This document shows, piece by piece, positions 25,429 to 34,345 of a DNA stretch of 64,000 nucleotides. The position numbers were made by a program, and so were the translations under genes. The notes beneath the pieces were generated by a model that was not told where the DNA came from, ran no database searches, and was given only the letters and a program-made list of their open reading frames with translations. Numbering within the stretch: the stretch's first letter is position 1; each line of letters starts with the position of its first letter. Source of the stretch: a virus; IMG/VR virus record IMGVR_UViG_3300046616_000242, positions 9,947-73,946 of that record; one strand, 5' to 3'.

Positions 25429-25875
25429 CTAGACCGAGCCGTCGGCCCTGATGATGGCGCCCGGGTTGTAGTTGCTCCGGCCTCCCAGACCGCCGGACGC
25501 GATCTGCTTGGCTGGGGTGGCGGGACCGTCTCCTCCGCTGCCGGACGGCAGTCCGGCGGTGCTCTGCTGGAAGCGCGGGTTGTAGCCGCACTCGTAGCAC
25601 TGAGCCATCGCGTTCATCATTCCCACGGGGCGGAAGTAGTTCGTGCCTTGGCACTCCGGGCAGTGGGTGTCCTGCTTGGCCACCATCGCGCGGGCCGGAG
25701 CCTTCTGCTGTGGTTCTGGCACTGTCTGCTGGACTACCTGCTGCGGGGGGTAGGGCTGCTGTTGCGGGGTGGCCCACCACGGGCCGCCGACCTGCTGCTG
25801 CTGGACCGGCGCCGGGGCCGGGGCCGGGGCGGCCGGTCGGGCCGCCCCCAGTTTGTTAGCCCAGAAGTTGGTCAC
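25429..25875 (-). CDS. Zinc-ribbon protein with a Pro/Gln-rich N-terminus
   Basis: CPECQG..CYECGY. Confidence 0.7.
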   Translation of the reverse strand: MTNFWANKLGAARPAAPAPAPAPVQQQQVGGPWWATPQQQPYPPQQVVQQTVPEPQQKAPARAMVAKQDTHCPECQGTNYFRPVGMMNAMAQCYECGYNPRFQQSTAGLPSGSGGDGPATPAKQIASGGLGGRSNYNPGAIIRADGSV

Positions 25876-26323
25876 CGAACTGCACTCCATCCGCGTAACT
25901 GATGATTCCCATATCGAGGAGATTGGCGAGGACCGCCACTACTCCGGCGCGGACGACTACGGAATGATGCCGCTGGAGAACTGCTGCGGTTTCCTCGTCC
26001 ATGGAATTGCCAGAGTTAACCAGCATAGCCGAGGCAGTAATGCCAGAAACTAGCGGGATGAGCAGCGCTAGCATTTCCCTCAGCGGTGTGAGTTGGTCGA
26101 TTCGGTCGTGACTGGCCTGGTGCTCCATTTCGGAGACGTCCTGGCTGTCCGGGGTGAGGTTCATGAGCGGGATCAGTGCCTCGACCTGGCTGCACGGGAC
26201 GATGTCCCAGAGCAGCCGCTTGGTCAGCATTTGCGGGGTGTAGAGGTCGACCTGGAGGTCTTCCTCCTCGGTATTAAGCCCGTCGGGCACTTCGTCGTCC
26301 TTCTTCCAACTGAAGAGTCCCAT
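25856..26323 (-). CDS. Hypothetical protein (MGLFSWKK...)
   Basis: TAATG coupling to polA. Confidence 0.7.
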   Translation of the reverse strand: MGLFSWKKDDEVPDGLNTEEEDLQVDLYTPQMLTKRLLWDIVPCSQVEALIPLMNLTPDSQDVSEMEHQASHDRIDQLTPLREMLALLIPLVSGITASAMLVNSGNSMDEETAAVLQRHHSVVVRAGVVAVLANLLDMGIISYADGVQFGDQLLG

Positions 26324-28302
26324 TACTTTGCCTCCGACCAGCGGTCCACGATCTTCACGTCCGAAGAGAGCGGAACCTTGAGCAGTTTCTGGATTCCTTC
26401 GCCCAGCATGGCTTCCTTCACCAGCGCGGCACATTCCTCGGCCCGGTCCTCCGGCGCGAGCGTCACGAGTTCGTCGTGCACGGAGAGGATCAGGCGCATA
26501 TCGTCCGGCAGGGCGTTGTTCAGCCGGATCATCGCCAACTTGATCAGGTCGGCCGCGCTCCCCTGGATCAGGGAGTTCACCGCCTGGCGCTCGGCACCCA
26601 TCCGCAGGCCGTTGTTCTGGCTGAGGATGAGCGGCAGGCGCCGCTTGCGGCCGAGCAGGGTGCGGATGTGCGGAGGCCGACGCGACCGGCAGACCCGTAC
26701 CACTTCCTCCTTGAAGCGGTAGACCTCCGGGAACATCTTCTGGTGCATCTCCATGAAGCGCTTGGCTTCCTTCACGGTGATGCCTGCCATCGAGGCGACC
26801 TTGTCCGGGCCCGCGCCGTACACGACGGCGAAGTTGATGCCCTTGGCGACCTGGCGGAAGTCGATACAGGTGCGGTCGCCTTCCTTGACCCGCCGCATGA
26901 ACTCCTGCGGGTCCACGCCCATGAGCGCGGCGGCCGTCGCCGAGTGCGGGTCGACTCCGTTGTGGAACCCCTTGTAGAGGTCACCACGACCGATGAAGTG
27001 CGCGAGCACGACGAGTTCGATCTGCCCGTAGTCCGCGACGACCAGCTTGTAGCCGGGCGGTGCGACGAACAGGCCACGGATCCGCTTACCGAGGTCGGTG
27101 TCGGGTCGGGGGATGTTCTGGAGGTTGGGTTCGCGGCAGGAGAACCGGCCGGTCACCGTTCCGTACTGGACGAAGTCGGCGTGGATCCGGCCGTCGAAGA
27201 TCCGGCACGGCTTCTTCGGGTCGCCCTCCACACCGAGGTACGCGATGGGGTAGTCGAGCAGCTTGCTGACTTCCGCGTACTCCAGCAGCTTCTTGACGAC
27301 CGCGTTGTTCTCGTGCTTCTCCAGGCTGTCGGAGTCGGTGCTGAAGTCCTTCCACTCCAGCGCCTGGCCCGTGTCCCGCTTCTTCTTCCCACCGTCGGTG
27401 GGCTTCATCGGCTTGAGGCCCTGACCGCCCTCGCTCTTGGGGGCGTACAGCACCTCGGCCTTCTGCGCCGGGGCGTTGAGGTTGAACTGCTTGCCTGCGG
27501 CCCGGTAGATGTCCGCCTCGATGTCGACCAGCCGGGCGGACATGTCCGTGACCAGCTCGCGCATCGCGGCCTCGTCGACCGGCGCCCCGGTGATGCCCAT
27601 GTCGAGCAGCACCCCCAGGACGTCCTCCTCCAGCCGCCGGACGTGGGTCAGGCCCTGCTCCTGGATCTGCCGCTGGAACCGCTTCCACAGCAGCCAGGTG
27701 TACTTGGCGTCCATGTAGGCGTAGTGCGCGACCTTGGAGAACGGGTGGGCCTCGACCTGCTTGCCGACGTTCTCGGTGTCGTAGTCGACCTTGTAGTAGC
27801 GCTTGACGAGTTCCTTGAGGCCCTTCTGCTTCATGTTCTCGTCGCACAACCACTGAAGGACGATCGTGTCGGAGTACTCCGGCGGTGCGATCTCGCCCCA
27901 GTACTTCGCCGTGGAGATCAGGTCGAATGTGGCGTTGTGCGCGATCTTGATCTTGTCTTCGGCGAAGAACAGCGGCTTGAGGATGCTGAACACTTCGGAC
28001 GGGAGCATCTGCTCCGGCGGGGCGTCGTAGACGGCCGGGATGGCGTCGAACTTGCCTGTCAGCCGGTTCTTCTTGCGGGTGGCCTTGCTCACCAGGACGT
28101 CGCCGTTGGGGTGGCCGAAGGGGATGGCGTAGGCCATGCCGTCGGCGGCCAGGGAGACCCAGTTGGCGACGTTCTGCGTCGGGACGTTCCGGAAGGCGCC
28201 GAACGTCTCGATGTCGAAGGTGAAGGCCGGGCGCTCCATGAAGCGCTCGACCACGGTATTAAGCCGGTCGGGGGTGAGGATGACGGAGTTGCGGATCTGC
28301 AC
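26323..28302 (-). CDS. polA: Family A DNA polymerase with 3'-5' exonuclease
   Basis: FDIET, HNATFD, TGRFSCREPNLQNIP, DYGQIEL, AKGINFAVVYG and VHDE motifs. Confidence 0.97.
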   Translation of the reverse strand: MQIRNSVILTPDRLNTVVERFMERPAFTFDIETFGAFRNVPTQNVANWVSLAADGMAYAIPFGHPNGDVLVSKATRKKNRLTGKFDAIPAVYDAPPEQMLPSEVFSILKPLFFAEDKIKIAHNATFDLISTAKYWGEIAPPEYSDTIVLQWLCDENMKQKGLKELVKRYYKVDYDTENVGKQVEAHPFSKVAHYAYMDAKYTWLLWKRFQRQIQEQGLTHVRRLEEDVLGVLLDMGITGAPVDEAAMRELVTDMSARLVDIEADIYRAAGKQFNLNAPAQKAEVLYAPKSEGGQGLKPMKPTDGGKKKRDTGQALEWKDFSTDSDSLEKHENNAVVKKLLEYAEVSKLLDYPIAYLGVEGDPKKPCRIFDGRIHADFVQYGTVTGRFSCREPNLQNIPRPDTDLGKRIRGLFVAPPGYKLVVADYGQIELVVLAHFIGRGDLYKGFHNGVDPHSATAAALMGVDPQEFMRRVKEGDRTCIDFRQVAKGINFAVVYGAGPDKVASMAGITVKEAKRFMEMHQKMFPEVYRFKEEVVRVCRSRRPPHIRTLLGRKRRLPLILSQNNGLRMGAERQAVNSLIQGSAADLIKLAMIRLNNALPDDMRLILSVHDELVTLAPEDRAEECAALVKEAMLGEGIQKLLKVPLSSDVKIVDRWSEAK

Positions 28303-28337
28303 GGCGGGCTCCGGTGGTGGTGGATGGGAAAGCTGAG

Positions 28338-28368
28338 GGGAGGCCCCAGCGCGGTGCTGGAACCTCCC
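28338..28368. terminator. Imperfect hairpin between SSB and polA
   Basis: gggaggccccagc / gctggaacctccc. Confidence 0.45.
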
Positions 28369-28381
28369 CGTGGGAGGCAGG

Positions 28382-29194
28382 TCAGTCGTTCAGGATTTCC
28401 CGGACGATGGTCTTGAGTTCGCTGCGACGGGTGACCTGGAGGATGTCCGCGTCGTACGCCTTGGCGTCGAACGTCTCCAGGTCCTCCTCGGTCAGGGGCT
28501 CGATGTCCCAGTCGTCGAGGAGGTCACGTTCCTTGACCGGCGTGATGTAGTAGTTGGTCTTCTTGTTCTTGGTCTCCTTGCGGACGGAGAAGTAGAGGTC
28601 GTCCCGGTTGATCGGGGCGGTCTTCTTGTCCTTGGAGTAGTTCTTCAGGATGTCCGCGACCATCGGGCCGACCTGCCAGACCTTGACCTGCGGGTCCTCG
28701 GGGTCGGTGAAGTCGATGACGTTGAAGGAGATCTGCTGGCTGGGCTTATCACCCGCGTCGTCGCACAGCGGGCACTTGCTCTCCAGGCAGGTGAAGGACT
28801 TCTTGCCCGAGCGCTCGATCCAGTGCTGGAGGAAGACCAGGAACGGTTCCTCGTCCAGGATCTTCACGATCACGGACTCGCTGCCCGCCTTGAAGTTGTC
28901 CGGGAAGCCGGAGGACGCCTGCTTGGTCTTCTCGTACGAGCCCCAGCCACGGCCGCCGACCTTCGGCGCGGGCTCGTCGTCCTCGTCGTCGTCCTCGTCA
29001 CGCGAGGCACGGCGCGAGCGTCGGGAGGTGTCGGCCTCCTCGGTATTAAGCGACCGGCGCGAGCCACGGCGGGAGCCACGGGCCGGAGCCTCGTCCTCTT
29101 CCTCCGCGTAGCCCTTCTCGTCCTCCGGCTCGTCGGCCGGGGAGTACGCCTCGGTGTCGCGGGCGGTGCGGCGGCGGGTAAGGGTGCGGGGCAT
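28382..29194 (-). CDS. Single-stranded DNA-binding protein (gp32-like) with a charged N-terminal extension
   Basis: QHWIE..FTCLESKCPLCD..FNVID..Y.ITP pattern; position beside polA. Confidence 0.7.
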   Translation of the reverse strand: MPRTLTRRRTARDTEAYSPADEPEDEKGYAEEEDEAPARGSRRGSRRSLNTEEADTSRRSRRASRDEDDDEDDEPAPKVGGRGWGSYEKTKQASSGFPDNFKAGSESVIVKILDEEPFLVFLQHWIERSGKKSFTCLESKCPLCDDAGDKPSQQISFNVIDFTDPEDPQVKVWQVGPMVADILKNYSKDKKTAPINRDDLYFSVRKETKNKKTNYYITPVKERDLLDDWDIEPLTEEDLETFDAKAYDADILQVTRRSELKTIVREILND

Positions 29195-29431
29195 TCAGTT
29201 CTCCTGCTGGTAGAGATGGACGTACGAGGATGCTTCGCCCGTGTTCAGCCGGGCTTCCTCGATGTCGGCCGCGAGGGCCTTGGTGATCTGGTCGGTGGCG
29301 ACCTTGTCCAGGTCGTCGAGGGTGCGTGCCTTGGGGAAGTCGTCGGTGGAGATGTCGACCTCGTAGCCGAACTCCACCCACTCGAAGTTCCCCATGGACA
29401 CGTGGTGCTTCTGGCTCTTGACGATCCTCAC
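29195..29431 (-). CDS. Hypothetical protein, 78 aa (MRIVKSQKHHVSMGNFEW...)
   Basis: GTGA-coupled start. Confidence 0.7.
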   Translation of the reverse strand: MRIVKSQKHHVSMGNFEWVEFGYEVDISTDDFPKARTLDDLDKVATDQITKALAADIEEARLNTGEASSYVHLYQQEN

Positions 29432-29898
29432 TCGTCGCCCGCCAGGACCTTGAAGAGGTCGACGATGCGCTCGGTGAAGCGGGTGCCCTTGATCGGCTTC
29501 TGGTGGGAGACGAGGACGCCTTCCTCGTAGGCGATGCGCACCATGCCCTCGACCTGCTGGCGGGTGTACAGGCGGCGTCGGCCGCGTACATCTCCGTCCT
29601 TGCCCGGCGACTGGTAGGTGGACTTGGGGATGACCCCTTCCCGTTCCCACTTCCGGATCGTCACAGGCTGCCGTCCCAGCGCCTTGGCGAGGTCGCCGAC
29701 GGTGAAGAACTCCGTCTCGACTCCGGCCACGACGTACTTACGGGGCTTGGCGTCCCATGATCCGGGATCGGCCGCCGACGGGGCGGCCTCGGTATTAAGC
29801 CGGTTGCGGTGACGTACCAGGGGGCGCGTCGATCCGGGGTAGAACTGCTCACCGATCTCGGCGAAGGCCTTGTCGATGGTGTCGGCGATGGTGTTCAT
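29428..29898 (-). CDS. MerR-type HTH DNA-binding protein
   Basis: FTVGDLAKALGRQPVTIRKWEREGVIP..RRLYTRQQV. Confidence 0.85.
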   Translation of the reverse strand: MNTIADTIDKAFAEIGEQFYPGSTRPLVRHRNRLNTEAAPSAADPGSWDAKPRKYVVAGVETEFFTVGDLAKALGRQPVTIRKWEREGVIPKSTYQSPGKDGDVRGRRRLYTRQQVEGMVRIAYEEGVLVSHQKPIKGTRFTERIVDLFKVLAGDE

Positions 29899-29913
29899 GT
29901 GGTGGTGCTCCTA

Positions 29914-30390
29914 TCAGCCACGGATGGGCTTGAACGCGAAGGACTCGGTCTCGACGAACAGGCCGTCCAGTTCCTCGTCGCTGAGGACGCCTTCCTGGTT
30001 GAGGACGTACAACTCGTCCTGGTCCAGGACCTCGGTGGTGACTTCCTTGAAGACCCGGTCGCGGATGCCCTTGGCGACGGCCAGTTCCTCGGCCTTCTCG
30101 GCGTCCAGGCTCACGCTGACGCGGCGCTCGCGCTTGACCTCGGTGAACTTCTGGCCGTTGACCTCGATGGGAGGGTCCAACTTCCAGAACTTGCTGCCCT
30201 TCTCGTCGATGTCGCCGTTGGCGTCCACGTGGACGCTGACCTCGTCGCGCAACTTGTTCTTGCGGGTGACGATCTCGGTCTCCTGGAACTTCAGGGCCAG
30301 GAACTGGCGGGTCTTCTCCCAGGGCGCGGACTGGGTGAGGGAGATAGGGCGCTCGATGCGCTGGGTTGCTCGTCTCTGCACGGTAGCCAT
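29914..30390 (-). CDS. Hypothetical protein, 158 aa
   Basis: ORF, codon bias. Confidence 0.75.
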   Translation of the reverse strand: MATVQRRATQRIERPISLTQSAPWEKTRQFLALKFQETEIVTRKNKLRDEVSVHVDANGDIDEKGSKFWKLDPPIEVNGQKFTEVKRERRVSVSLDAEKAEELAVAKGIRDRVFKEVTTEVLDQDELYVLNQEGVLSDEELDGLFVETESFAFKPIRG

Positions 30391-30439
30391 AGAGCGGGGC
30401 TCTCTTTCTACGGAGTAGTAGGTCGGTTGAGCAGGTCCG

Positions 30440-30498
30440 ACTCTACATTACGTCTTCGAGATTGTCCATATTGGATTACGTCTTCTTGAAGCCGTTAC
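30440..30498 (-). promoter_or_regulatory. Promoter TGGACA-17-TAGAGT with ATTACGTCTT boxes
   Basis: -10 at 30440-30445, -35 at 30463-30468; boxes at 30447 and 30475 (28 bp apart), inverted box at 30489. Confidence 0.75.
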
Positions 30499-30842
30499 TT
30501 GCAGCCGAGACCGGAGTGGCCCTTGGCGTAGCGCTGCGCGTCGGCGTCGGTCTGGTCGGTGCGGAGAGTGGTCTCGGCGACGTCCTGGTAGACGGTGATG
30601 ACGCGGTGGTCGGCCGGGTCGACGACGGCGACGATGTCGCCTCGGACGTGGCGCCACTGGCCGGGGAACCGGCTGGACGGGGAGGTGTGCTGCGGCCGGT
30701 CGGCGGCCTCCAGGACCTGCGCGCTGCTCCAGCCCTTCAGGGCGGCCTGCTTCTGCGCGTGGTAGGTCAGCCGGTACTCCGGGGAGTCGGTGGCTCTGTT
30801 GCTCCCCCAGGTGATGCCGAGCGCTTCCGCGATGGTGGTCAC
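30495..30842 (-). CDS. DUF4258-like protein (RelE/BECR-type fold)
   Basis: LTYHAQKQA..VAVVD..VITVY pattern. Confidence 0.65.
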   Translation of the reverse strand: MTTIAEALGITWGSNRATDSPEYRLTYHAQKQAALKGWSSAQVLEAADRPQHTSPSSRFPGQWRHVRGDIVAVVDPADHRVITVYQDVAETTLRTDQTDADAQRYAKGHSGLGCK

Positions 30843-30897
30843 GATGTCCTCCTGCGAGCTGTTCGATCCTTCGTTCGATTAACGCTTCGTGAGGACG

Positions 30898-30926
30898 ACT
30901 CTACGTTTGGCATATGCGGATGTCAA
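30898..30926 (-). promoter_or_regulatory. Sigma70-type promoter TTGACA-17-TAGAGT
   Basis: Consensus boxes followed by an AGGAGG RBS. Confidence 0.85.
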
Positions 30927-30953
30927 CAGATTCCGCCGAACTGCTTTACAAGG

Positions 30954-31088
30954 TCACCAGCGGTCGGCTGGGGCACCTCGGAGCGCCAGGCGGACGGGGG
31001 TCAGATCCCAGTCCTCTCGCTCCTCGGGTGGGCTTATGACGTCCCCAATCCCCTCACGGAGCAGGACGTCGAGTGGTTCTTCTCGCAT
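30954..31088 (-). CDS. Possible small protein, 44 aa (MREEPLDVLL...)
   Basis: Fills a gap; ATTACGGCTT box 20 bp upstream (31108); no RBS. Confidence 0.4.
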   Translation of the reverse strand: MREEPLDVLLREGIGDVISPPEEREDWDLTPVRLALRGAPADRW

Positions 31089-31153
31089 GCCTTGATGGTG
31101 CCATGCGATTACGGCTTTAGAACCACTCGACGTCCGTCGTGCGATCCTGGAAG

Positions 31154-32794
31154 TTACGCCTCCAGGCACTGCGTCAGGGTCTGGACGTCGTTCTCGATCC
31201 GACCCTTCTCGTCGGCCCCGCGCCCGTCTGTGATGGCGCTGCCCACCCTCCGCTTGTGCGCCAGCATCGCTAGCTTGCGCGGCTCGGTGGTGCCCTGGGT
31301 GACGGCGTTCAGGATGTAGATGTCCTTGAACTGGCTGCTCGCGCGGTTGTGCCGGGCGTTGATCTGGTCCTGCTTCCCGGCCGACCAGGCGAGGTCGTAG
31401 TTGATCAAGTAATTGGCCATGTACAGGTCGGTGCCGAACGCCCCCGCGTGGGAGGACAGGAACACCTGACACTGTCCGTCGGTCTCGAACCGCTGGGCGG
31501 CATAGGCCTTGGCTGCCGAGGACATCCGGCCGGTGTAGGTGACGAACGAGCCCTCCGGCAGCCGGTCACCGAGCAGGTCCAGCATGTCGGGGTTGACGCT
31601 GAACACGATGATCTTGTTGCCGGGCACCGCCATGATGTCCTCGACCGCTGCCGCCACGGCGTCCAGTTTCGGGGCCGTGGTGACGTCATCGAGCAGGCCG
31701 GACTGCCACACCTCGTAGGCGTACTTCGAGCCCGGCCACACCTTCTTCTCGGCGCCGCGCGAGCGTGCCTCCTGGCTCTCCTCGTAACTCTGCCCGGACA
31801 TGACGATCAGGTCCGGGTGGTTCAGCAGCATGTCGAGCGCCTGCATGCGGCTCATGATCTTGCCCTGCTGGCTGTTCTCGTTGGCCGCCTCTCCCCCGTG
31901 GTAGTGCGCGAACAGATCGAAGTCACCCATCGTCGGCCCGGCTGCCCGCAGCTCGGCGAGCAGGTCGGCCGCGATGGCCCGGTACGCCTTCTTCGTCTTC
32001 GCGTCCAGGACGACCGGGATGACGGACTCCTGCACCTCGGGCAGGTACGGCCGGACGTCTTCGTCCAGCCGCGTCTTGCGGACCATGACGTCGGCCAGCT
32101 TGGCGTGCAGCACCGGCAGGTTCCTGTAGTTCTGCACCCCGCCGAAGCGGTTGCGCACGATGTACGTCTTGTCGAACAGGTCGAAACGGCCCAGGACCTG
32201 GTCGTCGACCCACTGCATGATCGAGAACAGTTCCTCGGGCTTCCCGTTCTCGACCGGGGTGCCGGTCATGCCGAAGCGGAACGGCGCCGTGAGCCTCTTG
32301 ATCTTCCGCGTGCGCTGGGCCCGGAAGGTCTTGATGGCCGTGCACTCGTCCAGGACGATGCACTCCGGCTTGATCCTCCTGACGTAGTTCCAGTCGTTGA
32401 CGACGTTCTCGTAGCCGAGGATCACGTAGTCCGGCCGGAGCGTCTTGACCTTGGCGTACAGCCCGGCTCGCTTCTTCGCGTCGCCGTCGATCAGGACGCA
32501 GTACTCCTCCGTCGGGACGGTGATCTCCTGCTTCAGCCCGTCCTCGCGCACCGTGACCACGCGGGTCGGCACGTCGGTGAGGCGGGCGAGGGACTTGGCC
32601 CACTGGTACTTCAGGTTGGCCGGGACCACGATGACGGCGGTCTCGACCTCCCCCTTCTCCAGCAGCTCCTCAATGGCGGCCAGGGCGATGACGGTCTTGC
32701 CCAGGCCCATCTCGTACGCGATCAGGAGAGAGCCGCGCTCCACAGCGCGGTCGACCGCCGACTCCTGATAGCCGTGCAGGTCGACCGTCAGCAC
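31154..32794 (-). CDS. SNF2-family helicase
   Basis: EMGLGKT, VLDEC, MTGTPVEN and QINARHNR motifs. Confidence 0.92.
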   Translation of the reverse strand: MLTVDLHGYQESAVDRAVERGSLLIAYEMGLGKTVIALAAIEELLEKGEVETAVIVVPANLKYQWAKSLARLTDVPTRVVTVREDGLKQEITVPTEEYCVLIDGDAKKRAGLYAKVKTLRPDYVILGYENVVNDWNYVRRIKPECIVLDECTAIKTFRAQRTRKIKRLTAPFRFGMTGTPVENGKPEELFSIMQWVDDQVLGRFDLFDKTYIVRNRFGGVQNYRNLPVLHAKLADVMVRKTRLDEDVRPYLPEVQESVIPVVLDAKTKKAYRAIAADLLAELRAAGPTMGDFDLFAHYHGGEAANENSQQGKIMSRMQALDMLLNHPDLIVMSGQSYEESQEARSRGAEKKVWPGSKYAYEVWQSGLLDDVTTAPKLDAVAAAVEDIMAVPGNKIIVFSVNPDMLDLLGDRLPEGSFVTYTGRMSSAAKAYAAQRFETDGQCQVFLSSHAGAFGTDLYMANYLINYDLAWSAGKQDQINARHNRASSQFKDIYILNAVTQGTTEPRKLAMLAHKRRVGSAITDGRGADEKGRIENDVQTLTQCLEA

Positions 32795-33084
32795 TGTGAG
32801 TACTGCCGAGCGAACTGACTCCGCGACCGGGGGCGCCGGGCGTACGGCGTCCCCATGTCGAAGTGCCCGTCCTGGATGTGGTCCGGGTTGGCACACATCC
32901 GGCGCCTGCACGCGCGGTGCTTCTGTCGGCCGTCCCCGCCGGTCAGGAAGGACAGCAGGGTCTTGCCCTGGTAGTACGGGCGCGTCGCGGTGGACTGGAA
33001 GATGAGGCAGTCGGTGTCCGGGTCCGGCTCGACGCGGGCCCAGAAGTCCTCACCCAGGTGCTCGTAGCCCTCGGGTGCCTTCAT
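32788..33084 (-). CDS. HNH-endonuclease-like protein (degenerate)
   Basis: FWARV..DCLIF..HRAC..MCANPDHI. Confidence 0.6.
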   Translation of the reverse strand: MKAPEGYEHLGEDFWARVEPDPDTDCLIFQSTATRPYYQGKTLLSFLTGGDGRQKHRACRRRMCANPDHIQDGHFDMGTPYARRPRSRSQFARQYSQC

Positions 33085-33134
33085 CGGTGGTCCCCCTTGC
33101 GGGGGCAGGTATTAAGCCGGGTCATGGTGATCTC

Positions 33135-34100
33135 CTAGAAGCGAGCGAGGATGGACGAGTAGGCGCCGCGTACAGCGGCCTTGATCTGGTCAGCGTTCAT
33201 GTCGCCGGGGTCCTTGGCGTGAGGGGCCACGGAGTAGTCGAGGAACTTCAGGGTCAGGCCCCGGCCGGTCCACTCCTCCAGCAGCCGCTTGCACGCCTCC
33301 GCCCCGGCGTCGTCGTTGTCGAGGGCGATGATCACGGTGTCGAAGTGGTCGCGGATCAGGGACATCTGCGAGTCAGAAACTCCGGCGCCGTAGGAGGCCA
33401 GCCCTCCCCGGATCCCGCAGGTCCACAGACGGGCCACGTCCAGCGGCGACTCGACCAGCACGGCCACGTCGTCGTCGTAGGTGTGCAGGCCGAAGAGCGT
33501 CTTGGACTTGGCCATGCCCGGCGGCCGGTTGCGGAAGTAGCGGGCGTTCTTCTCCTGCCAGCCCCACAGCATCCCGGTGTCCGGGTCGCGCACCGGAACG
33601 ATCCACATGTCCCGGGCCGGATCCCACAGCACCCCGCACGCCTCAGCGTCCTCCGGCATGAAGAACCGCTCGGCGCAGGCGCTCAGCGGCGGCACGGTGT
33701 ACAGGGCCAGCGACGCCTCATTTATCTGCTTGGTCGTGTCGACCTTGTCGGGGCGCTGCTCCTTCTTCTTCTCCAGGTACTTCCGTACCCGCTCCGCTCC
33801 TCCCCTGCGCCGGACCCAGTTCTTGGCCTCCGCGTCGGTGGCCTCCTGGATGTCCCGTACGAGGACCCAGAAAGCCCCTCGGTATCCGCAGGAGAAGCAG
33901 TTGAAATAGCCCTCGTCGAAGTTTATAGAGAAGGATGGGTGTGCGTCTTTCTTTCCGGTGCGCTGCTCGTGCATGGGGCACGGCATATGTATTTCGTCTC
34001 CCTGGACCTTGTAGTCAAGGCCGAGCGTGTCCAGGCACGCGGTCACGTTTCCAGGGACGGGGTTTCCGATTGCGTCCCATCCGGCTTTTGCTCGGGGCAC
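33135..34100 (-). CDS. dnaG: DNA primase (CHC2 zinc finger + Toprim)
   Basis: CPMH..CFSC, LVESPLD and ALDNDDAG motifs. Confidence 0.9.
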   Translation of the reverse strand: MPRAKAGWDAIGNPVPGNVTACLDTLGLDYKVQGDEIHMPCPMHEQRTGKKDAHPSFSINFDEGYFNCFSCGYRGAFWVLVRDIQEATDAEAKNWVRRRGGAERVRKYLEKKKEQRPDKVDTTKQINEASLALYTVPPLSACAERFFMPEDAEACGVLWDPARDMWIVPVRDPDTGMLWGWQEKNARYFRNRPPGMAKSKTLFGLHTYDDDVAVLVESPLDVARLWTCGIRGGLASYGAGVSDSQMSLIRDHFDTVIIALDNDDAGAEACKRLLEEWTGRGLTLKFLDYSVAPHAKDPGDMNADQIKAAVRGAYSSILARF

Positions 34101-34345
34101 TGGTATCTCCTCTCCAGGTATGTCAGGTAACTCTTCATTTCCCAGGCGTCGCGGCGCCAGTACCAAGTTCCGTACGTTATGAATCGGACTGGCCCGAGGC
34201 CGCGCAGCCGGTGCATTTCGCTGGCGTAGATCAGATTCCGGTCACGGGGATTGCGGTTGTTCTCCCGGCACCAGAACTGGAACTCCCGGAAGTTCCCGGC
34301 GAGGACCACCAGCCGGGGCTCAGAAGGAGGAGCCGACATAGCCAT
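34043..34345 (-). CDS. Hypothetical protein
   Basis: ORF between dnaB and primase, overlapping both. Confidence 0.55.
   Translation of the reverse strand: MAMSAPPSEPRLVVLAGNFREFQFWCRENNRNPRDRNLIYASEMHRLRGLGPVRFITYGTWYWRRDAWEMKSYLTYLERRYQCPEQKPDGTQSETPSLET

Noticed and set aside
23439-28302. Inteins or introns in nrdJ or polA
   Set aside because: Both ORFs are continuous and of ordinary length, with no intein terminal motifs.
32788-33084. Active mobile HNH homing element
   Set aside because: The gene is short, its HNH motif looks degenerate, and it interrupts no gene; kept only as a CDS.
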